64,000 nt of DNA, from IMG/VR virus record IMGVR_UViG_3300047552_001239; one strand, given 5' to 3'. Position 1 is the first letter of the stretch, and each line of letters opens with the position of its first letter. A program made the position numbers and the translations under genes. Shown in pieces: positions 20,001 through 28,306 of this stretch. A model generated the notes under the pieces. That model saw only the letters and a list, made by a program, of their open reading frames with translations. It had not been told where the DNA came from and searched no databases. Origin of the DNA: an uncultured virus (IMG/VR IMGVR_UViG_3300047552_001239) (lineage: Duplodnaviria; Heunggongvirae; Uroviricota; Caudoviricetes).

Positions 20001-20575
20001 ATTAATGAGAATCTTTGCAATTCATACATTCCCAATAATATATTAGTTTGAATAATACTAAAATCTAATTCATTCTCAGCAACTATTCCTCTGAATTTAG
20101 AACTAGCTGGGGTTGTTATGATTGAAGTTAAACTCATGCTTAACCCCATCGATCTAGCTAATTTCCTATTAGAATCTTTAACTTTTTTATCAATGCTAGC
20201 TTTAGCTGTTTGAGTCCACATATTTCTAAAAAATCCTTTCCTTGGGGTTTCTTTAGAAATATCAAATTCCATCCCTTGTTTAGATGTGGATCTTAAAAAA
20301 TCTTCTCTACTACCTTTTTTAGATTTATTAGAAATAGATAATATTTCAGCTATTTGTCGTAAAAGATTAGTCTGTTCTGTTTGTATTTTTAAAGAAGTTT
20401 GAAAATATTTAGATAATGTATTTCCGGTTCCAGCATTAACATTTACTGTTTTTTCAACATTTTTATTAGATTGTTGTAATAAAGTAGCTACAGAACTATT
20501 AAATCTTCCTATATTACTATTTTGTTGTAATGTTGCTTGTTCTAATCTTCGTAATTGTTCATTTTCAAATGCCAT
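14012..20575 (-). CDS. Tape-measure-like virion protein with phage-tail lysozyme and M15 peptidase domains
   Basis: 2187 aa with coiled-coil and Gly/Ala hydrophobic segments. GLSKEQAAGVVGNLAHES...GWAQWTGPRR indicates a tail lysozyme; ITSGYRS...NSAHMRRHAVDI...GIGVY..LHFD indicates peptidase M15. Confidence 0.8.
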   Translation of the reverse strand: MAFENEQLRRLEQATLQQNSNIGRFNSSVATLLQQSNKNVEKTVNVNAGTGNTLSKYFQTSLKIQTEQTNLLRQIAEILSISNKSKKGSREDFLRSTSKQGMEFDISKETPRKGFFRNMWTQTAKASIDKKVKDSNRKLARSMGLSMSLTSIITTPASSKFRGIVAENELDFSIIQTNILLGMYELQRFSLMQLVDINKSTSKDKSSSITEQQKRLEKTKTSNYSSDFDPNEDPRTFMQKMGNIPFIGGMLQTTLAPIKEILTIPSLPSRLKKWWGGYKEEIGLRKTDKTEALKATNLYRSNQDRAYDFLGGEFITIIERIRADVAAVRYNITGEKPGTDPKTGISLTKSRENVYDTVFGKFIEAQRDEKGNITQSAGQKKFQLDEIRKKKIEQYYEQEAQGSLPGMIVSNIALALPKILKDKLGIEDQEQMTLQSLDAMNNLNEAEYKSAEIRRVENEILTANIENMDMFSTAIGIGVPALAALTTVLTGGGSALAAGALSLGIKGSILATAATGGGLVGALSGLIKSFSGASTQFEIEQLETVRSQSEFLNILKEQNDFETISKRKEDLQKKFRGIETPDYSSPIQTSNNLLSDIKQQLIDGITIRSYVADANNVPINLQYLSDFFKTNYIEFTQRQQEILIKQDSVIPEPVYLVDGPAGNLLKKHAKGGIAKQGIVGENKKPELMGRQIIKSPTTFSSLTSQKITSEDDTANILERLSITNEKLSIVLDDFHKDKIIELQDKKQVSIIEQIKLEADDAKAKDEAEDRNIQIKESKETKENISQLLGVISPWYKMEKKNDEEEKKKKKKGFLSSIFSFLGSPLKLLPLIGGVASTIGGVAKTVGALTGTTGTLLKLGLLLAPLVKGIGSGVVSLLNYFGLHPIVELGKTAIKGTGTLFGKIKDLIFKKNIATTVAEGTTEVAGAAAKGVAKKVITTEVSKDIAEGVATQAASSSFFSKLFKNKSLSKFLPKVGLKGLTRVAGPLLIIDGLIEIFKDYKESGNLVDSIFGGIKQGGLSDALKGMGKYGAIGATIGMIGGPIGMGIGGLIGSAIGGVLGLFGTDNLKSIDAFKTRASEFNQPISQFFIDHFGKYAARGANFFADSPIPIIPPILGGLVGMITDGIVGIFSTIGNIAENTGPLLTSANTAVTEFFTSYSGKYGGRMATFFGDSIPLVGPLLGGLVGSVIDGAVSLFDFTVDIAKATGPLLDTVNGSIIGFFRDYSGEYSVKFATTMSSWKLPGFTLLGGLVGTAADGIFALVSSISNFKMDDFVTKTMNISDSLVNMFSGEYSHKFAEKGKDKAAFIGPLLGGIMGMVFDFLDSVFLDHTLAERFNLFGAEVSYFFDELILDFKKKVFFAPFLNRLIPDTWKADIEKEEKALTTKKQEIEQLKQAVTAGKWSMEQTMPRPTIPVPKASELPDTTMPVGTPLAPPTQQTIDPQSTGGGVQGAAVGAWNAARQIGQNVWAGIKKGSMAATGAFKENAVPLATRLMHDFGLSKEQAAGVVGNLAHESAGLKAGIQEKNPLGGGRGGLGWAQWTGPRRRTFEAYLQKTGQQASDPNANYGFLKQELETTHRSAIKAIKETSDVQSATIAFEKKFEAAGVKHYDKRLAYANQTLAMLGNGVSNVAATVFNKGRDLLSKINPISTAQASENTQNLPTSSGGFGGVGPLKDLEISQTTTPIGTPTGATTNTIPVAPSETEIKEPTETGMKGLPIDLGNKHKSVGGLKFAPGVDTGIGDEIASKVKSIQDTFGQQLIITSGYRSPERNKKVGGAKNSAHMRRHAVDIKAGQFNKDDRQKLIQIASQSGVGGIGVYSNDLHFDVEGRRAWGPSFSRDSVPAWAKDAVAAHIANKANVGDSAWDKVKGMANKAKDAAVGAYQSVKGAASGIFGGGSDSQTAPSTTEQPINGEQGEGNEKGFKLPSKEEIADKLKKGLSEFSSIFTPEAFSSISSSGKSTDKYVNQVLYGDNDISSKKQGNVEKGFTKDITDNLKKGLSVFSPEIFSSTDKSADLGKFGVSQMKNQSIADFMVTNTGLRNNYASINTHQPLNNNFSLSSRFKTFIDELSPFNKGVNINSPKLRDQSILTKQVSDQVSDQTGEDKPNADQSTSIPVVNNPQSNAPPVINMPSNINNITQSRQSTEDYFDKKFDADTDKFIWQLLSAVPDILKKDTYLFGTGIDFGTATNQ

Positions 20576-20578
20576 AAA

Positions 20579-23500
20579 TTAAAAAAATTCTGGAAATGGT
20601 ATATTCGAAAAATCTCTATCCATATCTCTATCATCTTCTTCTTTTGTAATTGGTATTTCAAATCTGCTTATCTCACTATCTTGGAAATAATCAGTCATAT
20701 TTGCTTGTTTATGTTTAGATTCAATATTTATAATATTTTGAATTAAATCTTCTTGTTCTTTTAAGAATTTTTCGCTATTCACATTAATTTGTGGTTCAAT
20801 TTCAAATTGCCTATCTTTTTTAACTAATGCACAAAAACAAGAAGACATAAATAAATCATCATGTTGTCCTTTTTGTGCAGCAACTCTTCCCATTGAATCT
20901 TTTTCAATAATACTTAATTGAGAAATTAATTCGCCAGAATGTAATAAAGTAGGGTCAGTTGTTATTTCATCATAAAATAGTGCAACCATCTTATCCTTTG
21001 ATTTTTGACTTGTATAAATTCCATATGGTTTTTCTACTCTACTATTTTTCTTTGGATCTTCCTTATATAAAAATTGCATATAATCAAATTCTGTATCATT
21101 TTCTAACGCTTCGACTATAGCAATTCCCATCGAATTATTTTCTATTCCAACTATAAATTTTTTTCCAACTCGTTTATATAAAAATTTTATAACTGATTTA
21201 ACTACTTCCGAAAATTTAGTTAATGATCCTATTCTTGAAATAAATTCTGCAGATTGTTCAAAATTGCTATATTTATATATTTCAATTGCACAAAGATCTC
21301 CAACTAAACTACGTGCAGTATCTACACCAACTAAATAAAAGTTATTTGGATCGAGTTCTTTATATATTTTTAATTTACACATATGAGGTAAATCAAAAAT
21401 ATCAATAGGTTTACTTGGTCGTAATTGTGTTAAATATTCATCACTAAATATACAATTAGAACCTGCAACGAACATCAAATCTAATTCTTGATTTACTCTC
21501 CTTGAATCAAAATTTAATTCTCTAACTTGTTCATTATACCATTTATCGTCATATATTTCAGACCAATGATATTTAACTGAAATAAATCCATTAGTAGATG
21601 CATCATTAATATAATGAAGATGATTATTGGCTAATTTTTCTTCTTCGTCATATATTTCATCTGAATCAACAGACTTATTCCACATATCATAAAAGAATTT
21701 ACCAGTACCCTCTACCCCATTAGGAGTAGATGTCATTAAAAGAAGTGTAGGATCAAATAAAAAATTTATAATTTCTTATAAAATTAGACTATATCTTAAT
21801 TTTATTCTGAATATCTAAAATTTGTAAATTATTCTCTTTTAAAAATAATTCACTTTCATAATAAAATAATTTTTGACGTATGATTTTATTAATAGTGCTA
21901 ATATCTTTATTATATTTTTCGGCTAATTCTTGTCTAGAATATATTCCTGTTAAAATATCAGAAAATAATTGATTAATAAATTTATATTTACTTCCATGAA
22001 AATATAAAAATTCTATATAATAAAGTTCAACACCTAATTCCTCACAAACAATATTACTTATTTCAGATTTAAATTTTCCTCTAACTAAATCATGGATACT
22101 TTGATATGAACATTCATATGTTAAAAGTATTTCTGTTTTATGAGTATAATTTAAAATATCAATAAATAACTGTTTAATTTCTTCATAATTGAATTTTGAT
22201 TTTAAATTCAATTTGAATTTTAATTTACAATGATTTAAAAATCTATCTCTTAAACTTGATAATTTCAATTTCTTCTGTATTAAAATATAATCAACATCTC
22301 TTCTCCACAATATACCTTTTAAAATATAACGTATAGAAGTTTTTGAAATTGAATACTTTATTTCTAAATCATCAATAGAATTAAAATTTAATTTTTCAAT
22401 ATCATCAATAAAATTATTTAATTTTTCTTTAGATAATTTAGATGACGATATCATTTCACCATACGCCTGTCGATTCTTTTTAAGTTTATCTTTAATATTA
22501 TCTAATGTTGTTCCTAATTGTAAATGAATAGGATTTACACAATTTGGTATATCACATTTATGCATGATAATATGATTTGTTGGGTCGATATTATATGCTA
22601 AATAATAAGATACTCTATGGGCACCAATTGATTGCCCATTTAATGCAAATTTTCCATATCCATCTTTATCTAAAAACCCATCAAATAACCAACATTTATC
22701 ATAATCTATATTACCATCTAAAGTTTTCGGGAATATAGTTTTAGATATAAAAGAATCTATTTGTACTTTATTAATATTTAGAAATTCAGACATAAAATTT
22801 CTCCCGTTTCGAATCAACATCAATGTTAACCCTACTCCCCTAAAGGGATAGTCGTTGAACGTTCTTCATATTAATATCTATATATTAATAGATAATAACT
22901 TAGAAGCTTCGCTGCTGATTGCCCAATTCTGTTAATTTTCAAACATTTAAGCCTATCTTTTCAGATTACTTTGTAGTTTAACAGACTCTAAGGGGTTTCC
23001 AGCAATTAGAGAGATTTTACATGAGCATCATTTTGACACTTACCCATGCTTCTTCGCCTGAATACGAGCTTTACTTAAAATAGGTTGGGCCGCACCATAA
23101 GCAGAATGAATATGATTAATAAATGCCGATTCATCTATATATAATATTGGACTGGTTAATGAACGTGCTATCTGTTCAGGTCCAGATATTGAACTAGGAT
23201 AAAATACATCTACCTTACTTCCATTTTCATATTCTAAATATGTTTTTCTATCTGCTAATACCTTATTTGAAATACATGGTTTTAGAAAATCAGGTAACAT
23301 TTCATGAATAAATTTAATTTTACTAAGATTTTCTAAAGCGGCAGATTTTTTCATATTAATAATAATAGCTCTATTTTTTGGAAAAAAATTGAGCATATAT
23401 TCAATTATAATTGCTGCAATAGTACTATTATGAGTAGGAATATATTCTCCAGCTAAAAACATCTTATCTTCGTTATCTACTTGAATGCATTTAACTGGAA

Positions 23501-24593
23501 CTGACTCTATTTTTTCGATACTTTTTATATAATGCTTATTATATCTAGTTCCTTTTAATTCTAGCTGACGTTTTTTACGTTCTTCAATTTTAAATACAAT
23601 ATAATCTTTAGTAGAAAATGTTAGACTATATTTTTTAGTATAGACATTTTGTCTTTGATTTATTTTATTTTTTATTCCTAATGTTGATAATAATTGTTTT
23701 ATGTCAAATAAAAATGTCAAATTAGAATGTTTTATTTGGCATCTACCGTTTAGATCACAATGACCTGAACCATCCATTATACCTTGTAATAATTCTATTC
23801 TGTTTTCAATAGAATTAACTAAATATTGTTCAGAAATTCTTTGTTCTAATAATTTATTATCTAACAATTTAGTTTTAAAATTTAATATATCTATATTATT
23901 TTCTGAATTACTTCTATTTTTACTTATTTCAATAGTTGATATATAATCTCGTTCTACTATATTTCTATATACTTCATTTGTTATTTTTTTTGGTATTGAA
24001 ATTTTATTACCATCATTTATATTTGCACTTAACCATAAACCATAAACATATGGATGTATTGGTTGATTAGTTTCTAAAAACTGAATAGGTTCTGTGACTT
24101 TAATATATTTTTCTCGCAAATCAAATAATTTTTCAGTAGTTGTAATTTCACCATCATTTATTTTCCATAAATGATCGGCATCTGCAATTATTGAATCTGC
24201 ATAGTCAAAATTAATTTTATAACAATTATGATTATACATCACATCTGTTATAAATTTTACAGTTGTAGGCTTCCCATCAGCTCCTAATATAATATCACCA
24301 ATTTTTAATTTATCAATAGTAGTATAACTACCATTAGGAAGTGGAATTAAAGTGTCTAAAGATAGAGCTTTACCCAACTGACGAGAAGCCATAAAAATAA
24401 CTTTATCGAATTTAATAGCAGAGCGTATTACTCTTTTTAATTTAAGATGCATATGCTCTGGTGTATATTTTAAACTCCCTCCAATTTCAGGAATATAAAC
24501 ATAGTTATAAATAAAATAAAATATATTATTTTTACATTTAATATATTCTATAGCTTTTTGCTCTGTTGTTAAATTCGAATATTCATTAAACAT
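20579..24593 (-). CDS. terL: Terminase large subunit, two exons (24593-23042, 21753-20579) plus an intein; 908-aa precursor, about 594 aa mature
   Basis: Walker A SRQLGK/ST (split by the intein), Walker B LYIDESAF, spliced KKHG-Y-PTLLLMTSTPNG, QELDLMF, and nuclease motifs GVDTA and HDDL. Confidence 0.9.
21789..22793 (-). CDS. Intron-encoded HNH homing endonuclease with HTH-like C-terminal repeats
   Basis: CWLFDG..GYGKF..AHRVSY..MHKCDIPNCVNPIHL..GT..DN. Likely start is the ATG at 22793 after GGGAG, and the stop overlaps the intron S element. Confidence 0.85.
   Translation of the reverse strand: MSEFLNINKVQIDSFISKTIFPKTLDGNIDYDKCWLFDGFLDKDGYGKFALNGQSIGAHRVSYYLAYNIDPTNHIIMHKCDIPNCVNPIHLQLGTTLDNIKDKLKKNRQAYGEMISSSKLSKEKLNNFIDDIEKLNFNSIDDLEIKYSISKTSIRYILKGILWRRDVDYILIQKKLKLSSLRDRFLNHCKLKFKLNLKSKFNYEEIKQLFIDILNYTHKTEILLTYECSYQSIHDLVRGKFKSEISNIVCEELGVELYYIEFLYFHGSKYKFINQLFSDILTGIYSRQELAEKYNKDISTINKIIRQKLFYYESELFLKENNLQILDIQNKIKI
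22872..22883 (-). promoter_or_regulatory. Candidate promoter motif ATATAGATATTA within the intron, upstream of the HNH gene
   Basis: Exact copy of the recurring 12-mer in an AT-rich intron loop between Q and R. Confidence 0.45.
23427..24368 (-). mobile_element. Class 3 intein (314 aa) with LAGLIDADG-like region, in the terminase Walker A motif
   Basis: Starts ALSLDT (Ala1) and ends THN before Ser. Has the W-C-T triad: ADADHLW, VPVKCIQV, YIPTHN. The internal ELLQGIMDGSG is LAGLIDADG-like. Confidence 0.88.
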
Positions 24594-24966
24594 GTGGTTG
24601 CGATAATATATTTTTAATCATTCTATCTTTATTTTTCAGATAACCTTTAACAGTTTCTCTATCTGTAAATACATCAGCAAGTGTTGTTTGACCCGTTGCT
24701 TGTCTTAATTTATTTGTTAATCCAGTAGCTAATGAATTACCAGCGCTAGTTATTGAATCAGCCGTTGTTTGGAATGGTTGTGGTAATTTACCTTTTTTAG
24801 CAGCATATATTATAGCAGCTAAAGCAGTTGCTCCTAAAATTTTCTTTTTATGTCGTTTTATAAATGAAGGATCATTATCATCTAATTTTGAAACTATTGG
24901 AGATGTTATATTTGGAGAAGCATTTTCTGTTAAATTAATTAAATTCTGTATTTCTTGTAATAACAT
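24586..24966 (-). CDS. Small leader-family protein (putative capsid-internal)
   Basis: N-terminus MLLQEIQNLINLTE, then the hydrophobic segment RHKKKILGATALAAIIYAA. Confidence 0.65.
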   Translation of the reverse strand: MLLQEIQNLINLTENASPNITSPIVSKLDDNDPSFIKRHKKKILGATALAAIIYAAKKGKLPQPFQTTADSITSAGNSLATGLTNKLRQATGQTTLADVFTDRETVKGYLKNKDRMIKNILSQPHV

Positions 24967-24980
24967 ATCATTTTTATAAA

Positions 24981-25331
24981 TTAAGGTCTAGCGTATTCAA
25001 TTGGAGTTCTTCTTATTACATCTTTCACATTTTGTATTTGTTTTATGGCTTGATCTTTATTAATTGGAGCTTTAATTGGAGAATAATTACTTCCAATTGC
25101 CTTTGCTTTATCTGAAAGATTTCTCAATCCTTGTCCAGCCATAGTCATATTAGTATTAAAAAATCGTTGGGCACCAGGTCCAAATGCTCCTTTATGAGCT
25201 AATACACCAGTACCTAATAGAGCTGCTCCACCTAATATTTTTCCTTTATGTCTATCCCAAAATGTGGATCCATCATAGTATTCTTCTTCAGTTAATACTA
25301 TTAGATTATTAATATTTTCTAATATATTCAT
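24981..25331 (-). CDS. Small leader-family protein, paralog of 24586-24966
   Basis: Likely start is the ATG at 25331 (AGGA upstream): MNILENINNLIVLTEEE, then RHKGKILGGAALLGTGVLA. Confidence 0.65.
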   Translation of the reverse strand: MNILENINNLIVLTEEEYYDGSTFWDRHKGKILGGAALLGTGVLAHKGAFGPGAQRFFNTNMTMAGQGLRNLSDKAKAIGSNYSPIKAPINKDQAIKQIQNVKDVIRRTPIEYARP

Positions 25332-25344
25332 ATTATTCCTATAA

Positions 25345-25590
25345 TTAAATTGGTGACCATCTTCGAACGCAGTCAATGACTTTTATTATTTGTTTTAATT
25401 TAATTAAAATTTCTACACGTTGCATTTTATCTTTAATAAAATTTAATTGTTTCAAATCCTCAAATAATTCATCAAATTCACTTTCTGTTATTTTTTTATT
25501 TATTAAATCCAATCTTATTTTTTTTACTTTCGAAATAAAATCTTTTGTATCCGTATCTTCTATATTTAATAAAACCTCAAAATCTATCAT
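25345..25590 (-). CDS. Hypothetical protein in lysis cluster
   Basis: 81-aa ORF coupled to the upstream lipoprotein gene. Confidence 0.55.
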   Translation of the reverse strand: MIDFEVLLNIEDTDTKDFISKVKKIRLDLINKKITESEFDELFEDLKQLNFIKDKMQRVEILIKLKQIIKVIDCVRRWSPI

Positions 25591-25961
25591 ATTTGTTCTC
25601 CAAGTACAGACAATATCATTGTCGTAGCTTGAGATATATTATCCATTTTTTCTAAACAATATTCTTGACTAAATGAATTTCTAAAATATATTTTATCGAC
25701 AATCTGTTTTAATGAGATAGTAGATTCGTAAATTTGCGGTCTCTGTGTTCTATATTTAGAATATATTATTTGATATGATAATATATCTCTAACATTAGAA
25801 ATTATTGGTAAAATTTGATTATAATTTGAACATTTAAATTTATTAGAATCTATTATTTTTTTAATAGTTACATATTTATCATACTCTACATTATCAAATT
25901 TCAAATTAACACATGCAGAAAATAAAATAGAAAATACCAATATAAATAGTTTATTTTTCAT
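25587..25961 (-). CDS. Putative lipoprotein next to endolysin
   Basis: Signal peptide with lipobox: MKNKLFILVFSILFSA-C. Confidence 0.6.
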   Translation of the reverse strand: MKNKLFILVFSILFSACVNLKFDNVEYDKYVTIKKIIDSNKFKCSNYNQILPIISNVRDILSYQIIYSKYRTQRPQIYESTISLKQIVDKIYFRNSFSQEYCLEKMDNISQATTMILSVLGEQI

Positions 25962-26445
25962 TTGCAGCTAGACGAAGATTCGAAATAATTCTTCTTGTCC
26001 ATCCTTTACCAAAAGTATCCCAAATTTTAAGATTCGTCAAATATTCTAAACGATGAGCGTTAAATAATAATACTAATTTAGATATATCAGAATTTAAAAT
26101 AATTTGTTTAGTATCATCTGTAATTTTAGTAGTTGGTGGCTGATCTAATATTGTTTGCAACCATTGAACTGCGCGCTGTTGTCCACTATTAACAGCTACA
26201 TCAAATAATTGAAAAGCTAGAGCGAAAGGTATTTCATCAAATATTGGATTCCAATATTTTTTTCTATATATTTGTTTCGCAGTATCTAATGTCATATTTT
26301 TCATACTGCCCATATATCCTTCTGCTCTAGCTGTAGTCTTTGTTATACCAAAATTCGTCTCCCCACCAGGATCTTTTGGATTATTTACATATCCTCCTTC
26401 ATGTTCCATTAATTTGATAAACGATCTTTCAAAATTCGTCATCAT
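25951..26445 (-). CDS. Endolysin, glycoside hydrolase family 108 with peptidoglycan-binding C-terminus
   Basis: HEGGYVNNPKDPGGETNFGIT, FDVAVNSG and FGKGWTRR. Likely start at 26445 or 26442. Confidence 0.92.
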   Translation of the reverse strand: MMTNFERSFIKLMEHEGGYVNNPKDPGGETNFGITKTTARAEGYMGSMKNMTLDTAKQIYRKKYWNPIFDEIPFALAFQLFDVAVNSGQQRAVQWLQTILDQPPTTKITDDTKQIILNSDISKLVLLFNAHRLEYLTNLKIWDTFGKGWTRRIISNLRLAANEK

Positions 26446-26902
26446 CTTGCCCACAACATGACTCAGATTCTTCATCTGCATCAATTGTTTCTATATCTGT
26501 AAATTCTCCAGATTCTAAATTATAATATATATTTATTGCTTGATTATCTTCTAATAAATCTCCACATTCAAAAGTAAAAGCTATTATATTTTTATCATCT
26601 TCAGATGAAGAAATACCTTTAAGATCTATACACTCTAAAATTTCAGAAGGATCTATTTCTTCTTCAAGATTTTCAACAATATATTCACAAATTTTTTGTT
26701 TAAATCCTTCATAATCCTCTGCAATTTGTGTAGCAATTTCTTCAAGATTATCAGCAGATTCATCATCTATATTGTCTGAATCTCCATGATTAGCAATATA
26801 TAATACACCATCATTATTTGGAAATTCAATTGTTTTTCCAAAAGTTCCAGATTCTTCTTCTACCAAAACAAATTCATTTTCTTTAATAAATTGTAAATTC
26901 AT
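26429..26902 (-). CDS. Highly acidic hypothetical protein
   Basis: Very D/E-rich ORF; likely start MNLQF at 26902. Confidence 0.6.
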   Translation of the reverse strand: MNLQFIKENEFVLVEEESGTFGKTIEFPNNDGVLYIANHGDSDNIDDESADNLEEIATQIAEDYEGFKQKICEYIVENLEEEIDPSEILECIDLKGISSSEDDKNIIAFTFECGDLLEDNQAINIYYNLESGEFTDIETIDADEESESCCGQDDDEF

Positions 26903-26903
26903 A

Positions 26904-27224
26904 CTATATGCCACCATTATCATATATATTTTTTGTGGTTGCTATACCTTTTATTGTCGCTGCAGTTTTTAAATTTTTTAATAAACTTGGAGCCTGAGCT
27001 ATACTTGGTTGTTTTATAAGTCCTGGTGCTACCCAAGCTGCTCCAGAATGTGCTATTTGACCTACTCCTTTTATGGGATTCACAACCATATTTTTTAAAT
27101 AAACAGCTGGGACGGCTAATGAAGTTGCAGCCGCAGCCGCACCACCAGCCGCACCAAGAGCAGTTTTACCTAAAATTTTACCTAATGATTCTTCAATTAA
27201 ATTATTAATCTCATTTAATATCAT
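26904..27224 (-). CDS. Small leader-family protein with Gly/Ala hydrophobic segment
   Basis: MILNEINNLIEES, then LGKTALGAAGGAAAAATSLAVPAVYL. Confidence 0.65.
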   Translation of the reverse strand: MILNEINNLIEESLGKILGKTALGAAGGAAAAATSLAVPAVYLKNMVVNPIKGVGQIAHSGAAWVAPGLIKQPSIAQAPSLLKNLKTAATIKGIATTKNIYDNGGI

Positions 27225-27230
27225 ATAATA

Positions 27231-27461
27231 TTACACTGGATCTAAATTTGGTGAATAAGGATCTTTTTTTATTGTTTTCTTAAAACCATATCCGGTTGCT
27301 ACTGCCCCTAATAATCCCATTTGATTTTTTCCCATAGCAGTACCTATACCCATTCCATGTAATTTTGTTCCTAACATATGTCCACCAACCAGAGCTCCAA
27401 TACCACCTATTCTATCTGCTATGTCTTCATTTAATAAAAAATTTATATCATCTAATATCAT
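27231..27461 (-). CDS. Small leader-family glycine-zipper protein
   Basis: Likely start at 27461 overlapping the upstream stop: MILDDINFLLNED, then IGGIGALVGGHMLG...MGLLGAVATGYG. Confidence 0.6.
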   Translation of the reverse strand: MILDDINFLLNEDIADRIGGIGALVGGHMLGTKLHGMGIGTAMGKNQMGLLGAVATGYGFKKTIKKDPYSPNLDPV

Positions 27462-27937
27462 TTTAATTTCCGATATTTCCAAGGTGCTTGTTGTAAACCT
27501 GGAGCAGACCAAATACCTAATTTATTATCTTTTGCTATTATTTCTTGTTGATAATACTTATTATCTACTAATGGACAATATTGATTATATACTGCGGCAT
27601 ATCCATTAGAAACTAATTTTAAATTAATACTAGAATTATCACTAAGATCAAATAATTCTGCAACAAATCTTCCATATATATCTAATCCTCGAATAATAAC
27701 TTTAACGTTTGTTTTATAATGATTTATCCATTCGTAATATGCTAATTTATTATATGGAGTTTGTTTTTTCTCTGGAGCATCAATACAATATAACCTTATT
27801 TTTCGAATAAAAGGTTCATCTATACAAATAACTGTTACTGTATCCCCATCGATAATTCGAGTTATATTACATTCTTTTATTTCATCTGCATATATTTTAC
27901 TAGAAAATAATGCTAGTAAAAATATTATTATTTTCAT
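27458..27937 (-). CDS. Thermonuclease (staphylococcal nuclease family) with signal peptide
   Basis: IIDGDT, IRLYCIDAPE, DIYGR, INLKLVSNGYA, KLGIW...PWKYR, and a hydrophobic N-terminus. Confidence 0.9.
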   Translation of the reverse strand: MKIIIFLLALFSSKIYADEIKECNITRIIDGDTVTVICIDEPFIRKIRLYCIDAPEKKQTPYNKLAYYEWINHYKTNVKVIIRGLDIYGRFVAELFDLSDNSSINLKLVSNGYAAVYNQYCPLVDNKYYQQEIIAKDNKLGIWSAPGLQQAPWKYRKLK

Positions 27938-28302
27938 TTTTGCTTTTTTATTTTATTTTTTATAAATTTATCATTCTCTATTGTACGACCTGCTAAAGCT
28001 CCTAAACCACCACCTATACCGGCTCCAATCATTGCTCCTTGTGGTCCAGCTAAAGATCCAAGAATCCCACCCATAAGAGCAGATGGGACTCCAAATAAGA
28101 TAGATGTTTTACCTCTATCTTTAATTAATTCATCGGCTTCTTCTGGAGTGACTGATATATTATGATTTTTTAACTCTTTTCTAACATAATGATTCATTAT
28201 ATTGGAACTATTTTCTCCACCTAAACGCCCAATCAATGAAGATTTTATATTATCTATAGTACTAGTTTCATTTATTAAATTTTCAACTTCTTCTAGAATC
28301 AT
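27934..28302 (-). CDS. Small leader-family glycine-zipper protein
   Basis: MILEEVENLINET, with GGILGSLAGPQGAMIGAGIGGGLGALAG near the C-terminus. Confidence 0.65.
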   Translation of the reverse strand: MILEEVENLINETSTIDNIKSSLIGRLGGENSSNIMNHYVRKELKNHNISVTPEEADELIKDRGKTSILFGVPSALMGGILGSLAGPQGAMIGAGIGGGLGALAGRTIENDKFIKNKIKKQK

Positions 28303-28306
28303 TTTT

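Larger units (their letters stand above)
21754..23041 (-). mobile_element. Group I intron (1288 nt) encoding an HNH endonuclease, in terminase gene
   Basis: P AATTGCTGGAAA, Q AATCAGCAG, R GTTCAACGACTA, S AAGATATAGTCT. P1 pairs CAUGGGU with GCUCAUG. Terminal G is at 21754, and removal restores the frame. Confidence 0.9.

Noticed and set aside
25951..27512. Long overlaps implied by ORF-track starts (26484, 26923, 27512)
   Set aside because: Downstream ATGs (26445/26442, 26902, 27461) remove or shrink the overlaps, and at 27461 reveal the shared leader, so these are not true overlapping genes.
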